Shown here: one piece after another, positions 61,242-64,000 of the stretch
Layout: each line of letters opens with the position of its first letter
Numbering within the stretch: the first letter of the stretch is position 1
From: an uncultured delta proteobacterium
GTDB lineage: Bacteria > Desulfobacterota > Binatia > UBA9968
Assembly: GCA_963745835.1 (NCBI GenBank)
Contig: CAVUZH010000015.1
Location: 220,094-284,093, forward strand
DNA: 64,000 bases
Direction of reading: 5' to 3'
Notes under the pieces: model-generated
What the model saw: the letters and a program-made list of their open reading frames with translations, nothing else
The model's database searches: none
What the model was told of the DNA's origin: nothing
Translations under genes and position numbers: made by a program

Positions 61242-62299
61242 GAAGTAATGTCCGCGACGCACCGTCTTGATCCGGTAAAGCCGCCATTGAAACAAGGTGG
61301 TCATGTAAAGCGAGGTCGCATCGCTGCCGCGCCCGAAGCCGAGATTGCCGGGACGGAGACCTTCAGGCGGAGCGATCTTCGCCAGCACCTCTCCGGCAGG
61401 ATTGAGCACCACGATTTCTCCTCTGGGCGGCATGTCGGCTGCCATTATGCAGCGCGATATATAGGTTTCCCTCGGTGTCCAGCGTCATGCCGTCAGCGAC
61501 AAGCTCGTCGTCGCGATGAAAGACACGGCCGTTGGAGATGTTACCATCGCTGTTCAGGTCGTAGACCACGATGCCATCCAACGTCAACCCGAATCGATCC
61601 TGAACAGGCCCCAATGGATTCCGTGCGAGTATCGGGATATTCGAGGCTGCGACGTATAGTCGCCTGCCATCCGGTGAGACCTCGATGCCGTTAGGACGGA
61701 GAATATCGGTCGCGAGTTGCGTGATCTTTCCGTCCGGATCGATCCTGTATACCGCGTTGGGCAGCTCGATGGGTTCGTCGCCGAAGTAGCGGGCGTCCGT
61801 GAAGTAAATCCGTCCTCGCGCATCGCTCGTGACGTCGTTCGGACCCGTAAGCCGCTTGCCCTGATACGAGTTCGCAAGCACGGTCGTGGCTCCGCTTGTG
61901 AGGTTGCGCCGCAAAATGGCGCGACCGCCGCCATCCGCCTCTTGGGCGATGATCAAGTCCCCGTTCCGGTCCACATGGAGCCCATTCGCCATTCCGCTTG
62001 GCTCCATGAACTTGGTGGTGACGCCGGTTGATGGGTCGTAACGATAGATCGTGCCGCCGGGATTATTTTGCTTGATGGCCTCGGGCCGCGTGATGTCAGT
62101 GGCGTAAATCATGCCGTCCCGCGCTGCAACCACCCCTTCAGCAGTAAACAAGCCAGCGCGCGAAACCTCCTCCCATTTGGCGCCCTCGGCAACGATGCGC
62201 GGTGGACTCATCATCGCAGTTCCGCAAGCGGCGAGTAAGGCACACGCGGTCCCGGACAGCAACGGTCGTGTAGACGCGCGATTTCTTCGCCTCAAACAT
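61236..62299 (-). CDS. SMP-30/gluconolactonase/LRE family protein, putative lipoprotein; indels near the start and near 61440
   Basis: LAAC lipobox; AEGVV, ANGL, GPNDV, RPNGIEVSPDG, DGMTLDTEGNLY and NLGFG motifs. Confidence 0.9.
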
Positions 62300-62357
62300 G
62301 GCTTTCCTCCTTTGGAAAATGCGCCAATTCACCGCCTAAGGCCTCTCGCGCTTTATG

Positions 62358-62771
62358 TCATTTCTTTTTCGGAGCAGGCATCTCAAAGCTCTCTTCGCCC
62401 TTCTCCAAGAGTCTGTGCCCAGGCACGGCGTCGGCGTCGGGGAGAATAGAAATGGACTTCAGCACTCGTCCGTCGCGGAGCCCGAAGGCGTGAACGGTTC
62501 CAGGCGGAACAACGACGCTGGTCTCGGTTTCGATCTTATGTTCCTCGTCGCCGACACGAGCGAACCCGTCGCCATCGACTTCGAGGAAGACCAGTACTTC
62601 TTCAGTGTCATGCCAGTGCAACGGTGTTCGGTGGTGATCTCCCATTTCAGCTAACCAGACAGATAAAGAATTCGACCCGGCAGATCGGTTCACCGCCAAG
62701 CGCAAAGACTGGCGCCACGGTTCGTCTGGGAATTCTAAAAGCGGTCGATCCTTGTGGTAAATTACTTTCAT
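62358..62771 (-). CDS. Cupin domain protein
   Basis: TPLHWHDTEEV and VPPGTVHAF motifs; GAGGAG RBS. Confidence 0.85.
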   Translation of the reverse strand: MKVIYHKDRPLLEFPDEPWRQSLRLAVNRSAGSNSLSVWLAEMGDHHRTPLHWHDTEEVLVFLEVDGDGFARVGDEEHKIETETSVVVPPGTVHAFGLRDGRVLKSISILPDADAVPGHRLLEKGEESFEMPAPKKK

Positions 62772-62831
62772 ATTGTCGCTCCTCTTTTTGAACCGGATTA
62801 CATCCACTCCATTGACAAGTCTTCGATCGCT

Positions 62832-63683
62832 CTACTTTGTCCCGACTCCAATCAGCACCTCGCCAGGGGCCTCAAAGCCGTTCGGACCCTCAAACTGGCT
62901 GAGCTGTCGTTCAATTTGGGTCCAAGCCATGTCACGCTCTGAGACATCCAGCTGGTCCATCATGCGCTGCAGACCTGGGAAAGAGTCCTGCATAGCTCGG
63001 ATACCCTCGGCGGTAGAGGGGAATCGCCATCGTGTCGTAACCGCAAGAACGGCTACATCGTGGAAACCACCCTCCCTGAAGGTATCTTCAAGAATTGCCG
63101 ATTCGCCGAGGGCGAACATCAAGCGTAGTCCCGGCACCGCGGATAAATTGCATCCAAAATGACGCACAATCGCGAGCGGAACCCCGCGGCATGGGTTCTT
63201 CTGCTCAGTTGACCACACAAGGGCGACAATTTTCCCTGTGGGCTTCACAACGCGGTGCATCCCGATAAGCGCTTTGACTGGATTGGAAAACAACATGAGA
63301 CCCATCCGGCATATAACCGCGTCGAACGAGTCTGGGTCGAGATCAATGTTCTCGGCGTCCATGATCCGAGTGCCAACGTTGGTGAAACCAGCATTACGCG
63401 CCGCCTCGGCAGCTACGTTCAGCATGCTAGTAGAATTGTCCGTGGCCAATACGTAGCCCATCGGTCCGACCCGTCGAGCCGCCATGAGCGTCTGATCCCC
63501 TGTGCCAGCCGCAACGTCGAGAACTCTACTACCAGCGCCAAGATTGGCTAGGTCAAGCATCATTTCGCTTGCTGGCCCGGTAACCTCGTCACGCTGTGCT
63601 GCACCACGGCGCCATTGTTCGGCGACCTCGCCGGATGCGAAGATTGATTCCGTTTGACTCGCATCAGGTGATTTGTTGGTCAT
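62832..63683 (-). CDS. Class I SAM-dependent methyltransferase (UbiE-like)
   Basis: VLDVAAGTGD, MDAENIDL...FDAVICRMGLM. Confidence 0.9.
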   Translation of the reverse strand: MTNKSPDASQTESIFASGEVAEQWRRGAAQRDEVTGPASEMMLDLANLGAGSRVLDVAAGTGDQTLMAARRVGPMGYVLATDNSTSMLNVAAEAARNAGFTNVGTRIMDAENIDLDPDSFDAVICRMGLMLFSNPVKALIGMHRVVKPTGKIVALVWSTEQKNPCRGVPLAIVRHFGCNLSAVPGLRLMFALGESAILEDTFREGGFHDVAVLAVTTRWRFPSTAEGIRAMQDSFPGLQRMMDQLDVSERDMAWTQIERQLSQFEGPNGFEAPGEVLIGVGTK

Positions 63684-63872
63684 CGGGTCCTCCTGACTAA
63701 ACGAAGTATTTCATCGCTTAGTCCGGCTACGGCAAAGAAAACCAAGAGCGCGATTGATGCGCCGGACTCAGGATCCTAAATACGCATCCGGCCGAATGGA
63801 ATAACATCTGTTGTAAACTCGATCACGGGTACGTTTTTCACTAGCCGCGTGACTTCGTCTTCCAAGCCTGAT

Positions 63873-63998
63873 CTATCCTACCGTGACGTGGACATGCGTC
63901 TGCTCACTCGCACCTGCCGCAACATCGAGCACTCGATTGCCCGGACGTACACTGGCGACATCGGGCATCATCTCAGTCGCAGCTCCAAAGATTTGTTG
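63873..63998 (-). pseudogene. Truncated paralog of the adjacent methyltransferase (enters from the window edge)
   Basis: QQIFGAATEMMPDVASVRPGNRVLDVAAGASEQTHVHVTVG* versus TGPASEMMLDLANLGAGSRVLDVAAGTGDQT. Confidence 0.65.
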
Positions 63999-64000
63999 CC

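Overview
A bacterial chromosomal window of moderately high GC. The gene repertoire suggests a Binatota/deltaproteobacteria-like soil or sediment lineage, which is inference only. Many single-base indels, even in ordinary enzymes, point to an unpolished long-read assembly. (1) 1-14.7 kb: catabolic and transport genes, plus a peroxiredoxin whose catalytic codon is an in-frame TGA (probable selenoprotein) paired with a CGFS glutaredoxin. (2) 14.8-52.7 kb: two tandem, paralogous signalling units on the minus strand, each ordered sigma54 promoter/USP-like gene, oxygenase, two giant soluble poly-GAF histidine kinases, single-domain receiver, output regulator. One output is a sigma54 activator and the other a receiver-cyclase. 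The four kinases carry about 47 GAF modules (my count: 10, 12, 14, 11) of a few subtypes in different orders, joined by linkers whose lengths differ in 7-residue steps. Two families of inverted-repeat elements occur both filled (four-helix-bundle gene; GIY-YIG gene) and empty. (3) 52.9-64 kb: co-oriented accessory genes, with attC-like integron sites at 58-61.2 kb and no integrase in the window. No rRNA, tRNA or CRISPR array was seen.
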